From the NCBI GenBank assembly GCA_051313645.2, contig JBNRSN020000017.1, positions 13,764,001 through 13,828,000 of the forward strand: a stretch of DNA of 64,000 bases, given 5' to 3'. This stretch comes from Centroscyllium fabricii (taxonomy: Eukaryota). Positions 1 through 11,013 of this stretch are shown one piece after another (position 1 is the first letter of the stretch; every line of letters starts with the position of its first letter). A program made the translations under genes and the position numbers. Under the pieces are notes generated by a model. That model worked only from the letters and a program-made list of their open reading frames with translations. It ran no database searches and had not been told where the DNA came from.

Positions 1-1460
1 GTTTGAAGTGCTCTCTCTTTATTGCTCTGTTTAGATCTCTTGGATCCAGGTAAATTCTGAGCTTTCCATTCTTTTTGTGCACAACGACGAGGGAACTCAC
101 CCACTTGGTTGGCTCATCTATCTTCTGAATCACGTTCAGGCTTTCCATCCTGTCCAACTCTGCCTTTAGTTGCTTTTGAAGAGCAAATGGAACTTTTCTG
201 CATGGATGTATGATCGGTGGCACACTTCTATCTACTCTGATCGTGTGTTCTTCTGGAAGGCAGCCTAGACCCTGAAATAGGTCGTTGTACTCTTTCATGA
301 GTTCATCATAGACTGTCTCTCCTCCGCTTTCCACAACGAGGACTCTCTTTACCAGGTTCAGTCTCTCACAGGCTATTTAGCCTAGTATGGCCTGCACATC
401 CTTTGGCACCACGATGAATGCTAGCATGTGCTCTCTGTCCTTGTGTGTCACTTTGACAATGCATTTTCCTTGCACTGATATATCAGTACCTGAGTATCCT
501 GTCACTTTCACTTTTGTTCCATGTATCTTTGGTTTGGGTCTAATTTTCTTAAAATCAGTCTCTGATATCACATTAACTTGTGCTCCAGTATCCAATTTAA
601 ATGAAATGTGTATGTCATTCACTTTTAATGTCAACATCCAGTCTCTTTTTTGTTTTTTGTTTTCAGACACAACGTCCACATAGAACTCCTCTATCACCCT
701 TTCATCTGCTGCATTGACCTTGCTTTGTTGCATTTGGTTCTTATAGCAAAGGGGATAATGGTTTTTGTTGCAAATATTGCATGTTTTACCATATGCTGGA
801 CACTTTTTTGGTAGGTGTTGTGTACCACATCGACTACATGGCTTTCGATTGCCCCTTCCATTTTTGTTCGCTGGCCACGCCTCCTTTTTCACTTTGGCGC
901 TCTTTTTGTTAAACAGTTTGTGTCCGTTCTTTCTCACTGCATCCACGTTGCAGCTACTGTCACTGAACAGCTCCTTTGCCTGCGACTTCACAGTCTCTGT
1001 AGCCCTATAGAGTGCTATGGCTTTTCCCAGGTCTAGATTTTGCTCTCTTAGCAGTCTTTCCCTCCGACTATTATCTGGAATACCACACACAAGTCTGTCT
1101 TTTATCAGCGAGTCTGTCAGTCCACCAAATTCACACGTTTTGCTTCTGTTTCTCAGTTCAGTCACATACTGATCAATAGTTTCTCCCATTTTCTGTACAC
1201 ATGTGAAAAATCTGTGCCTCTCAAACGTCACGTTACATTTAGGTATGCAGTATGCCTCAAACTGTTCCATTATTTTATCCAGCTTCATTGTGTCTCCATC
1301 AGCAGCGAATGTGAGGTTATTATACACCTCCAGTGCTTCATCACCCACGACATTTAAGAACACTAACGCTTTCATTTTATCACTTTTCTCGTCAGCTCCG
1401 ATTGCCGCTAAATACAACTCAAAACGTTGTTTGAACCTGTTCCAATTTTCAGCCACATTA
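1..1460 (-). mobile_element. Ty3/Gypsy (Mag-like) LTR retrotransposon gag-pol fragment, degenerate
   Basis: ORF 377-1471 has Gag (NVAENWNRFKQRF...LIKDRLVCGI), zinc knuckles (CSRCGTQH...C; CNIC..H) and protease LDTGA; RT-like sequence continues past a stop toward position 1; gag start is replaced by a CR1 insertion at 1461. Confidence 0.9.
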
Positions 1461-2079
1461 CATAAGAACATAAGAACATAAGAAATAGGAGAATGAGAGG
1501 CGATCTTATTGAAACATATAAGATTGTGAGAGGGCTTGATCGGGTGGATACGGTGAGGATGTTCTCAATGGTGAGTGAAACTAAGACTAGGGGGCATAAT
1601 CTTAAAATAAGGGGCTGCCATTTCAAAACTGAGATGAGGAGAAACTTCTTCACTCAGAGGGTGGTGGGGCTGTGGAATTCACTGCCCCAGAGAGCTGTGG
1701 AAGCTACTACATTGAATAAATTTAAAACAGAGATAGACAGTTTCCTGGAAGTAAAGGGAATTAGGGGTTACGGTGAGCAGGCAAGTAAGTGGACGTGAGG
1801 CTTGGTTCAGATCGGCCATGTGATCTCCTGGACCAGTTTTCGATCGCCTAGATGGGTCGGAGAGGAATTTCCCAGATTTTTTCTCCCAAATTGGCCACTG
1901 GGTTTTTTATCTGGTTTTTCGCCTCTCCCGAGTGATCACATGGGTTCGGGCAGGATGGAGAGTAAAAATAAAATTGAGGTTAGGATCAGATCAGCCATGA
2001 TCTTTTTGAATGGCGGAGCAGGCTCGAGGGGCCGATTGGCCTACTCCTGCTCCTATTTATTATGTTCTTATGTTCTTAT
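1461..2079 (+). mobile_element. CR1/HER1-type LINE 3' fragment with a short inverted tail at its 5' edge
   Basis: ORF 1493-1798 is the CR1 ORF2 C-terminus (RGDLIETYKI...RRNFFTQRVV..WNSLP); ends ctcctgctcctat..(tatgttct)n; 1461-1491 is the reverse complement of the same tail. Confidence 0.9.
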
Positions 2080-2149
2080 ATAACTTGCTTCTTGTCACAT
2101 GCCCTCTGCTGGTAAGGCATAGATAATCAAACAGGCAAACATGATCACT

Positions 2150-2345
2150 ATCTGCTGATATCATTACACCACCCTACTACATCTAACCCAATCAACATAT
2201 CCTTTATTCCTTTCACCCTCATGTGCTTATCTCGCTTCCCCTTAACTGCATCTGTGCTATTCACCTCAGCTACTCCTTGTGGTAGTGAGTTCCACATTCT
2301 AACCACTCTCTGGGTAAAGACGTTTCTCTTGAATTCTCTATTAGA
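2150..2345 (-). mobile_element. Degraded CR1 LINE 3' fragment
   Basis: Translation FTQRVVRMWNSLPQGV in ORF 2148-2360. Confidence 0.75.
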
Positions 2346-2788
2346 TTTGGTCTTCCCCACAAGTGTTGCACTTGAAGACTATTTTGGCAGAACATTATAG
2401 TATCCCAAAGGCAATGATCCCAACAAAATTTGCAGGACTGTTCCACTGGTTGTTCAGTGGTGGTTCAAAGAGAAGATGTTTCCACTTGTGGGGAAGACCA
2501 AAGTTCATGGCCTAGGAAGATCTTAAAGAAAGAGGATTTGCTAAATAACGAAACAAAAATCTCTAGATTAGCCAGAAATGGTGACATACAGCCATGTGTA
2601 ATGCACCTTTCTTCTGAGAGCTTAAATTTACAAGTCAAAAGCAGATTGAATATCTAAATTAGATGGAAATTTGCAGGATGAGATCACCAACTCCAATTTT
2701 CATCCCTTTCCTCCTGAAGAAACTACTTGGTGATCAGTTGTAGGAACCCTGGCTGTCTTTTTCTCTTCCTAGCCCTGGGATACCAAGA

Positions 2789-3266
2789 GGGGAGGCGGTG
2801 GCGTAGTGGTTATGTCACTAGACTAGTAAGCCAGGGGCTCAGCCAAATGCTCTGACGATATGGGTTCAAATCCCACCACGGTAGCTGGTGGAATTTAAAT
2901 TCAATTCAATTTAATTCTGCAATTAAATGTTAGTCTTAGTAATGTCGACCATGATACCATTGTCGATTGTTGCAAAAACCCATCTGGTTCACTAATGTCC
3001 TTTAGGGAAGGAAATCTGCCGTCTTTACCCGGTCTGGCCTACATGTGACTCCAGACCCACGGCAATGTGGTTGACCCTTAATGCCCTCTGAAATGGCCTA
3101 GCAAGCCACTCAGTTGTAAACAACTGCTGCGAAAAACAATAAGACTGCAGCAGTTCAGGGAGGTGGCTCACCACCATCTTCTCAAGGGCAATTAGGGATG
3201 GGCACTAAATGCTGGCCTAGCCAGCCAGCGACGCCCACATCCCATCAACGAATAAAGAAAAAAAAA
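2789..3266 (+). mobile_element. tRNA-derived SINE (SacSINE1-like shark SINE), bipartite derivative of the LINE at 12383-20610
   Basis: A box TGGCGTAGTGG, B box GGTTCAAATCCC; body matches the reverse complement of ~20312-20610; last ~120 bp match the reverse complement of 12383-12503; A-rich tail. Confidence 0.9.
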
Positions 3267-4523
3267 GTGTCCCACCTGTGTCATCTTTCCCAGTTGAGAG
3301 CAGCCAATTCAGCAAAGACCAGGGATCAAACCTGGTACCGCTGGGTCTCTACGGTTTGAGGTGGTTTTACTATGCCTATTTCCTACTACAGGTATTAAGT
3401 AGGGAGAGCAATTTCCATTTGCTGCTCTAGTGCTTTTATTTTTTTTTAGAGATTGTCGGTTGCACTGGTTTCTGACCTCTAATGTGGAAAACCCAATTGC
3501 TCAGGCAGTACATTTTGCATATCATGTATTAGAAATTGTATAATAAATGCCTGATGTGTGAGAACACAGCAATTAGGGTTGCAAAGGGGAGGAAAGTTTC
3601 TAGTAAATTTCCGGTAAACTTCCAGAAATTTTCCACGGGAAGTTTAGCTTGGGATTTTACCCAAAAAAGCACATGCTAGCATAATATTGGTTTTTTTTTG
3701 TATTTCTTTCTTTTTTTTCCACAGGTCCTCTCTTAAACTTACCAACAGAGATGGAATCTTAATTATTAAGGAATTTCTTAATCAATATATGTTTATCTTC
3801 TTACTTGGCTTGTTTTAATAATTACAAGTTTTGTGTGTGACTGTGAACAAATGTGTCCTGATTGGTTGGATGAGCGATTAGCTCCCTCTATTTGTAATAT
3901 TTGCATATCGAATTGTGATTGGCCTGCAGGTATCTGTAAGACTGCTATAGTTTTTTTAAGATCCAGGTTAGGGGTCCTGAGGGAAGTCATTTTGTTTTCT
4001 GTTGATGTTGTGATGATGCAGTAAGTAAATCAGACTTTATACCAAATAAACCAGTTACTTGTTGAACTCTGTTGTCCTTCAATTTAAAATATACAAAATA
4101 ATACACTATTGGTGATGTAGCGTCGTGTGTGTACAGGTCATGCTTCCATCACATGGAGCATCAGCAAAAATGTACTCACCCTGTTGCAATCGTGCTGATC
4201 GACCGCAGTGCGACACAGAGATGAATGCCCTTTATTTCTCTGCATAGAACAATGCCATGTTTACCGTCGGATGTGTGGAAGCATTTTACCCCAGGCATTA
4301 AAGATGGAAAGACTGTGTACATGTGCAAACAGTGTACAAAGCCATATGTAAAGAATGCCACAAAGATACAGCAGCATTTATCCAAATGCAACAACTTCAC
4401 TCAAAGCTCACAGCAGTCAGCCCAGAATTCCTCTGCTTCCATTCAAGAAGATGATGGTTCTCATTCAGCATCAGGCTCCTTATCATCAGCAACTCCTGGC
4501 CCACTTGGAAGGTTCTTTGATAC

Positions 4524-4803
4524 TGTGGCGACACGCCCACCAGGACCATCGAATCCGCCTCGGGAGTACTGCGAGACAGCCCCGCCCGCCGGGCGGCGTG
4601 ATGACGTCACCGCGACTTCCGGCGTGATGACGTCGCCAGGTGGACACCCGGCAGTGACGTCACCAACCGCGGGTCCTTTAAATACCTTGGTTCCAGGTGG
4701 CTCAGTCTCTTTCGCTACCTGGCCATAGCTGAGTTAATATTAAATGATTGTTTTCCGAATCTTCTGTGTCCAGCGTGGTTCTTCAGGCCTGCATGCCTCT
4801 ACA
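4524..4803 (+). repeat. 5' LTR of Gypsy element 1
   Basis: Direct repeat of 8809-9088; TGTGG...TACA; contains TGACGTCA (CRE-like) motifs and TTTAAATA. Confidence 0.97.
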
Positions 4804-4899
4804 GTGGTGACCTCGACACTTGGAACGAATTCCAAGGGAACAATGAAGCAGTCGCTGCAGGACTGAGGGCCAAGCTGCCTCAGTTGAATCACAACCACC

Positions 4900-7800
4900 A
4901 TGCCAGCAGGGAGCCAAACAGCACGACTCCACAGACGGGGCCAAATCCCAAACTTACCAGAGTTCTGGGAACTCCGTCCAGCGGCCTGGTTCCTCAACAC
5001 AGAGAACACCTACCACATCCATGGCGTGCAGGGGGACGATCGATACAGCCTGCTCTTCGCGGCCCTTTCACAGCCCACGATCGACTGAATGTGGTCATCC
5101 ATACAGCACGAACCTACTGCTGGCAGGTATGAAACGCTTAAGGCCGCGCTGCTGCAAAAATTCACCCCCACCCAATTTGAGCGCGACTGCCAGCTCATTA
5201 ACCTCCCCGAACTCAGGGACGCAGACCCATCGGACCTCTGGGCCCAAATGGAAGCGCTCAATTGCGACCCGGCCACCATTAAGCGCGCCTTGTTCCTCCT
5301 TAAACTGCCTCCCTCCGTCAGACCGGCTCTGACGGTCCTTGAGCACTATACCAAAGAGCAACTGGCTCAGGAGGCCGACAAGCTGATGAGGGCCGAGCGC
5401 ACCCGAGCCGCCATGTGCCAACCCACCGCCGCTCCACCGGAGCAGTACTACGCGCACCCCAGACCCGGCCCCAGGTCCCAACCCAGACCGGTGCGGACCC
5501 ACAAAAAGCCACGCACCACAGGCCCCGGCTGGTGCTACTACCACACCAGGTTTGAAGCTAAAGCGCAGCGCTGCGTCCAGCCCTGCACCTTCAAACCCCA
5601 AACCAGCCCTAGCCCCACCATGTCCGTAGGCCGCTCCGGAGCACTGCTCTTCGTCACGGACAGTGGCTCAGACCTCCGCTTCCTCTGCGACACAGGCGCG
5701 CAGCACAGCATCGTGCCAGCCTCCCCCGCAGAAACCAAGCAAGGCACCCAAAGCCCACCACTCGAAGCAGCAAACGGCTCCGAGATAGTTACGTTCGGCA
5801 CCCGCCAGCTTACCATCAAGCTAGCAGGCCACACGTACAAGTGGGATTTCATCACAGCACAAGTCAAAATACCCCTACTCGGGGCCGACTTTCTGTGCGC
5901 CCACGGCCTACTGGTCGACGTTACCCGACGCCGCCTGGTCGACATCCACAACATGTCGACCATCCCATGCTCCACAGGGCCGGCACACCAGACCCACGCA
6001 GCGTCCCACTGCCGAGCCCGGAACTCCGACACGTACGCCACGCTCCTCGCGGAGTTCCCAGCCCTAACCAACCCCACCTTCACAGCCCGTACGGCCAAGC
6101 ACGGGGTGGAGCACCACATCACCACCACAGGCCCCCCAGTCCACGCCCACGCACGCAGGCTGGACCCGGCTAAGCTGGAGATCGCGCGCGCCGAGTTCCA
6201 CATCATGGAACAACTCGGCATAATCCGCCGCTCCAGCAGCCCCTGGGCCTCTCCCCTCCACATTGCCCCCAAACCCGGCGCCGGCTGGCGCCCCTGCGGA
6301 AACTACTGCCGCCTCAACAACGCCACCACCCCGGACAGGTACCCCGTCCCCCACATCCAAGACTTCTCAGCAAGGCTAGCCGGCTGCACGGTCTTTTCCA
6401 AGATCGACCTGGTACGGGGCTACCACCAGGTACCAGTGCACCCGGCGGACGTCCCTAAGACAGCCGTCTTTACCCCATTTGGATTATTTGAATTCCTCCG
6501 AATGCCCTTCGGACTCAAAAACGCGGCCCAGGCCTTCCAACGCCTCATGGACTCAGTCCTCCGGGACTTGCAGTTCACGTTCGTCTATCTAGACGACATC
6601 CTCGTGGCCAGCACCTCCCCCCAGGAACACCTCCTCCATCTCAGGGCCCTTTTCAACCGCCTGGCCGAACACGGCCTTATATTAAGCCCCTCCAAATGTC
6701 GATTCGGCCTCGAGACGATCGACTTCCTCGGCCACCACATCTCCCAGACCGGGGCCATACCCCTGCCCTCCAAGGTGCAGGCGGTCCAGGAATTCCCCCG
6801 CCCGCACTCCATCAAGGGGCTGCAGGAATTCCTCGGGATGGTTAATTTCTATAACCACTTCATCCCAGGAGCAGCCGCTCTCATGGCACCCCTCTACCAC
6901 GCCACCCGCGGCCAGTCCAACAAGGCTGCGGTCGAGTGGACGGCCGAAGCCTCCACCGCCTTTACCGCAACCAAAACCGCCCTGGCTAACGCCACGCTCC
7001 TAGCCCACCCTAGGCCCAACGCCAGAGTAGCCCTCACCACCGACGCCTCCGACCGCGCCGTCGGAGCAGTCTTTGAGCAGCGGACAGGCGACTCCTGGCA
7101 ACCCCTGGCCTTTTTCAGCCGACAACTCCGGCCCCCGGAGGTCAAGTACAGCGCCTTCGATAGGGAGCTACTCGCTCTCTACCTCGCGGTGCGCCACTTC
7201 CGCTTCCTCCTAGAGGGCCGCCACTTTACATCCTTCGTGGATCACAAGCCACTTGTGTCTGCAATGGCTAAGATCTCTGAACCCTGGTCGGCCAGGCAGC
7301 AGCGCCAGCTCGCGGCTGTGTCGGAGTTTACCACCGACATACAGCACATCACCGGCTGCGACAACGTGGTCGCTGACTGCCTCTCACGCCCCACCATCAA
7401 CTCCGTTCAAACGACCGTCGACTACGCCAAACTGGCGGCCGACCAACTGACCGACCCCGATCTGCTCGACCCAGCTACCAACCTCCCCGGCCTGCTCTTG
7501 GCCACCGTAGCACACGGGCCCACAGCCACGGAGGTCCGCTGCGGCGTCTCCCTCCCGCAGCCCGGACCCGTCGTCCCCCACACATGGAGACGACACATCT
7601 TCCAGACCCTCCATGACCTGTCCCACCCCGGTGTCCGCGCGTTCACAAAGCTGATCTCTGCGCGATTCGTTTGGCGCGGCCTGCGCAAGGATGTCCGCGC
7701 CTGGACCAACTCCTGCAATGCCTGCCAGCGCGCCAAGGTGCACAAGCACATCAAGGCACCAGTGGAAACGATCGCCATCCCAACTAGACGCTTCAGCCAC

Positions 7801-8712
7801 GTCCACATCGACCTGGTCGGACCACTACCACCATCACGGGGACATACACATGTCATGACCATGGTCGACCGCAGCACCCGCTGGCCAGAAGCGGTCCCCC
7901 TCACCGCTACCACCACCGCGGACCTGGCATGGGCCTTCATTGCCACCTGGGTCGCACGTTTCGGCGTCCACACCGACATCACATCAGACAGGGGCCCCCA
8001 ATTTACCTCAACCCTATGGGCAACCATCGCCCACGACCTCGGGGCAACCCTGCACCGAACCACCGCCTACCACCCACAGGCCAATGGCCTCTGCGAATGG
8101 TTCCACCGCTCCATCAAAGCTTCCTTGCGGGCCAGCCTCAAAGACGCGACCTGGACCGACCGCCTGCCCTGGGTAATGCTTGGCCTGCGTTCAGCGGCTA
8201 AGGAAGACCTGCACGCCTCAGCGGCGGAACTGGTCTATGGACAACCCCTAACCGTACCAGGCGAGTTCGTCGCACAAACCAACGAACCCTGGTCAGCCGA
8301 CCGCTGCCTCAAAGACTTCAATAACCAGGCAGCGGCGTTCAAACCACTTCCGGTGGCCCGGCACGGAGAGCCGGTAGCACGTGTTCCAGACGGCATCGAA
8401 AATGCCAAGTATGTGTTTGTCCGCCACGACGCACATCGAACACCACTACAGCCACCGTACGACGGACCGTACAGAGTGCTTCGGGCGGGACCTAAAACGT
8501 TCCAGATTAAAATGGGCAACAGAGCTGAGACTGTCTCAATCGAACGGCTCAAACCGGCACATGTAATGGCGGGTGAGACAACAGTCCCCGCGCAGCCACC
8601 AAAGCGCGGATGCCCTACCGCACCAAAGCCCGCCCACACTCCCACGCAGAACAAGGAGCAGCGCACGACACGTGCTGGCCGCATCATCAGGCCACCTCAA
8701 CGCCTCGCCTGA
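4900..8712 (+). pseudogene. Gag-Pol polyprotein (Gag-PR-RT-RNaseH-IN) with one in-frame stop
   Basis: 4900-5088 and 5089-8712 are the same frame separated by TGA; CYYH-x9-C-x3-C, CDTGA, YLDD, TDAS RNase H, HHCC + D,D,E integrase and GPY motif. Confidence 0.93.
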
Positions 8713-8808
8713 GACTCAACTTTTATGCTCCATTTTTTAATTTTACTTTATGCTCCTTTCTACTTTAGCTTAAACTTCGCTCTCCCTCACGGATTCTGGG
8801 GGGAGCTG

Positions 8809-9088
8809 TGTGGCGACACGCCCACCAGGACCATCGAATCTGCCTCGTGAGTACTGCGAGACGGCCCCGCCCGCCGGGCGGCGTGATGACGTCACCGCGA
8901 CTTCCGGCGTGATAACGTCGCCAGGTGGACACCCGGCAGTGACGTCACCAACCGCGGGTCCTTTAAATACCTTGGTTCCAGGTGGCTCAGTCTCTTTCGC
9001 TACCTGGCCATAGCTGAGTTAATATTAAATGATTGTTTTCCGAATCTTCTGTGTCCAGCGTGGTTCTTCAGGCCTGCATGCCTCTACA
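8809..9088 (+). repeat. 3' LTR of Gypsy element 1
   Basis: Direct repeat of 4524-4803, preceded by a PPT and followed by TSD ATAC. Confidence 0.97.
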
Positions 9089-10250
9089 ATACAATGGATA
9101 ACCATAGCCAGAAGAATGCAGATGAGTGCCTTGCTCGAGCTGTATATGCAAAAGGCTCACCCCTCATGCTCACAGCCAATGTGTACTGGAAGAGATTTTT
9201 CAATGTTATTCACCCTGCATACTGTCCTCCCACCAGACATGCTTTGTCTACTTATTTGCTGGAGGCTGAGTATAACAGAGTCCAAGGAAAGCTCAAAGAA
9301 ACGATAGCGATGGCAGACTGTGTTGCAGTTATCTCAGATGGGTGATCAAATGTACGATGGGAGGGCATCATAAACTACATCGTCTCTACTCCTCTCCCAG
9401 TGTTCTTCAAGAGCACAGACACGAAGGACAACAGACACCCGGGCACATACATTGCTGATGAGCTGAAAGCGGTCATCAACGATCTTGGATCACAAAAGGT
9501 CTTTGCAGTAGTTACTGACAATGCTGCGAATATGAAGGCTGCTTGGGCTCAAGTGGAGGAGGCCTACCCTCATATTACGTCTATTGGGTGTGCAGCTCAT
9601 GGGCTTAACCTGCTCCTCAAGGACATCATGGGTTTGAGAACCATGGAAGCACTGTACAAGACAGCCAAGCAGGTTGTTAAGTATGTCAAGGGAAAACAGG
9701 TAGTTGCAGCAACCTACAACTCCAAGCAAGTGACAAAGAACAAGAACACCACACTGAAGCTGCCCAACAATACCAGATGGGGTGGTGTTGTCATAATGTA
9801 CAACAGCCTTCTGGAGGGTAAGGAGTCGCTGCAAGAAATGGCAATATCCCAGTCTGGGGATATGGAAACCACCATCAAGAAAATACTGCTGGATGATGTG
9901 TTTTGGGAGAGAGTGGTTAGCAGCCTTAAACTACTCTCACCAGTAGCATCTGCAATTGCTCAGATTGAAGGAGATGACGCTGTCTTGTCAGATGTTCTCA
10001 GGCTTTTTACTGATTTAAAAGAACAACTCAGCATTGACCTACCCACATCCCTGCTGCTCAAAGCAGAGGAGAAGGCAATTGTTCAATTCATACAGACGCG
10101 TCAAGAATTTTGTGTCAAGCCGATTCATGCTGCAGCATACATGCTGGACCCAAAGCATGTTGGGAGACCAATACTTATAACCTAAATAAAGTTTTCAAAG
10201 CCTGTTTTTATTTGTATGGACAAATAATTTATTTTGATGACAAAGATAAT

Positions 10251-11013
10251 GGCCCAGAAATTGCAGTGGAGCCTTCGTGCGGGTGCAGTACCTGCTTAAC
10301 GCACTTTAATTGCCCATATTCAGTTTTGCTTTTTTGCACTGAGAAATTCCCGTTAGCTCAGCCTGTCAGAGCTCCATGCGAGGTTCATGGGCATCTGAAG
10401 GGCGTAATTAGTGCGAGGCGGCTTTTGAGACCACGTGATTGGCAGGGAGCCAATCAGTGGAAGCAATTCTCCGTTCAAAACTTCCACAGAGAAATCTGCG
10501 AGTTTTGAATGGAGAGATTCCCAAAAGACATCTAAACACAAAAATAAAATTTTACAAACACCACATTTTTTAAACATTACCCCAACTAACACAAATAACC
10601 TATTTTAAAGAAAAAATAAAAATTTGCAGAAATTTTTTTCAACTTCAAACAGGTCTAAAAAAATACTTACCTGTCTTTAAAGTTATCAACAATTAAAAAC
10701 CTGAAAAAACAACAATTAAAATCAATAAAATACACACTTACCAGATAAAAACGGGTGTTTACGACTCCTATTTTCCAGCGTTGAATTTTCTGCTCTTGGT
10801 CCGTAGAGAAACTGAAAAAAAATATCGGAATGACTGGATGATCACGTAGTTCGCTGCTTCCTGCGCTGGACCTCGCAGGAAGCAGCGACCCCCCCGCTGG
10901 GTGGCACAGGAAAACCCGAAGCGTGCGCTACCGGCTGCTTCCTGCGGGTTTAAGCTCTGGTGCGCTCGCACCAGAGCTTAAACCCGATATGCGCAGACTG
11001 CAATTTCTGGGCC
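10251..11013. mobile_element. Non-autonomous PIF/Harbinger-type MITE (copy 1) inside the hAT element
   Basis: TIRs GGCCCAGAAATTGCAGT / ACTGCAATTTCTGGGCC; AAT/ATT flanks; near-identical copy at 36983-37728. Confidence 0.85.

Larger units (their letters stand above)
4524..9088 (+). mobile_element. Full-length Ty3/Gypsy LTR retrotransposon, CsRn1-like clade
   Basis: 280-bp LTRs (4524-4803, 8809-9088; TG..CA; 4 differences counted by eye), 4-bp TSD ATAC, PBS TGGTGACCTCGAC (tRNA-Trp-like), PPT GGGGGGAG, CHCC Gag motif. Confidence 0.97.
4252..10185 (+). pseudogene. hAT transposase (BED zinc finger + catalytic core), split by Gypsy insertion
   Basis: SDVWKHF...CKQC...HLSKC (BED) at 4252-4523 rejoins 9093 in frame (FFDT/MDN) after removing the LTR element; motifs SDG*(W), VTDNAANM, CAAH, TRW, AAYMLDP; stop at 9343; C-terminal dimerisation domain missing. 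Confidence 0.9.

Noticed and set aside
2789-2880. tRNA genes at SINE heads (also HE1 copies)
   Set aside because: A/B boxes present but they continue into SINE bodies; no complete cloverleaf.
5095-8687. Multiple long antisense/alternate-frame ORFs in Gypsy element 1
   Set aside because: Expected shadow ORFs of GC-rich coding sequence.
10663-10673. U1 snRNA gene (ATACTTACCTG)
   Set aside because: Only the 11-nt 5' match; the rest of U1 is absent. Better read as a minus-strand splice donor.
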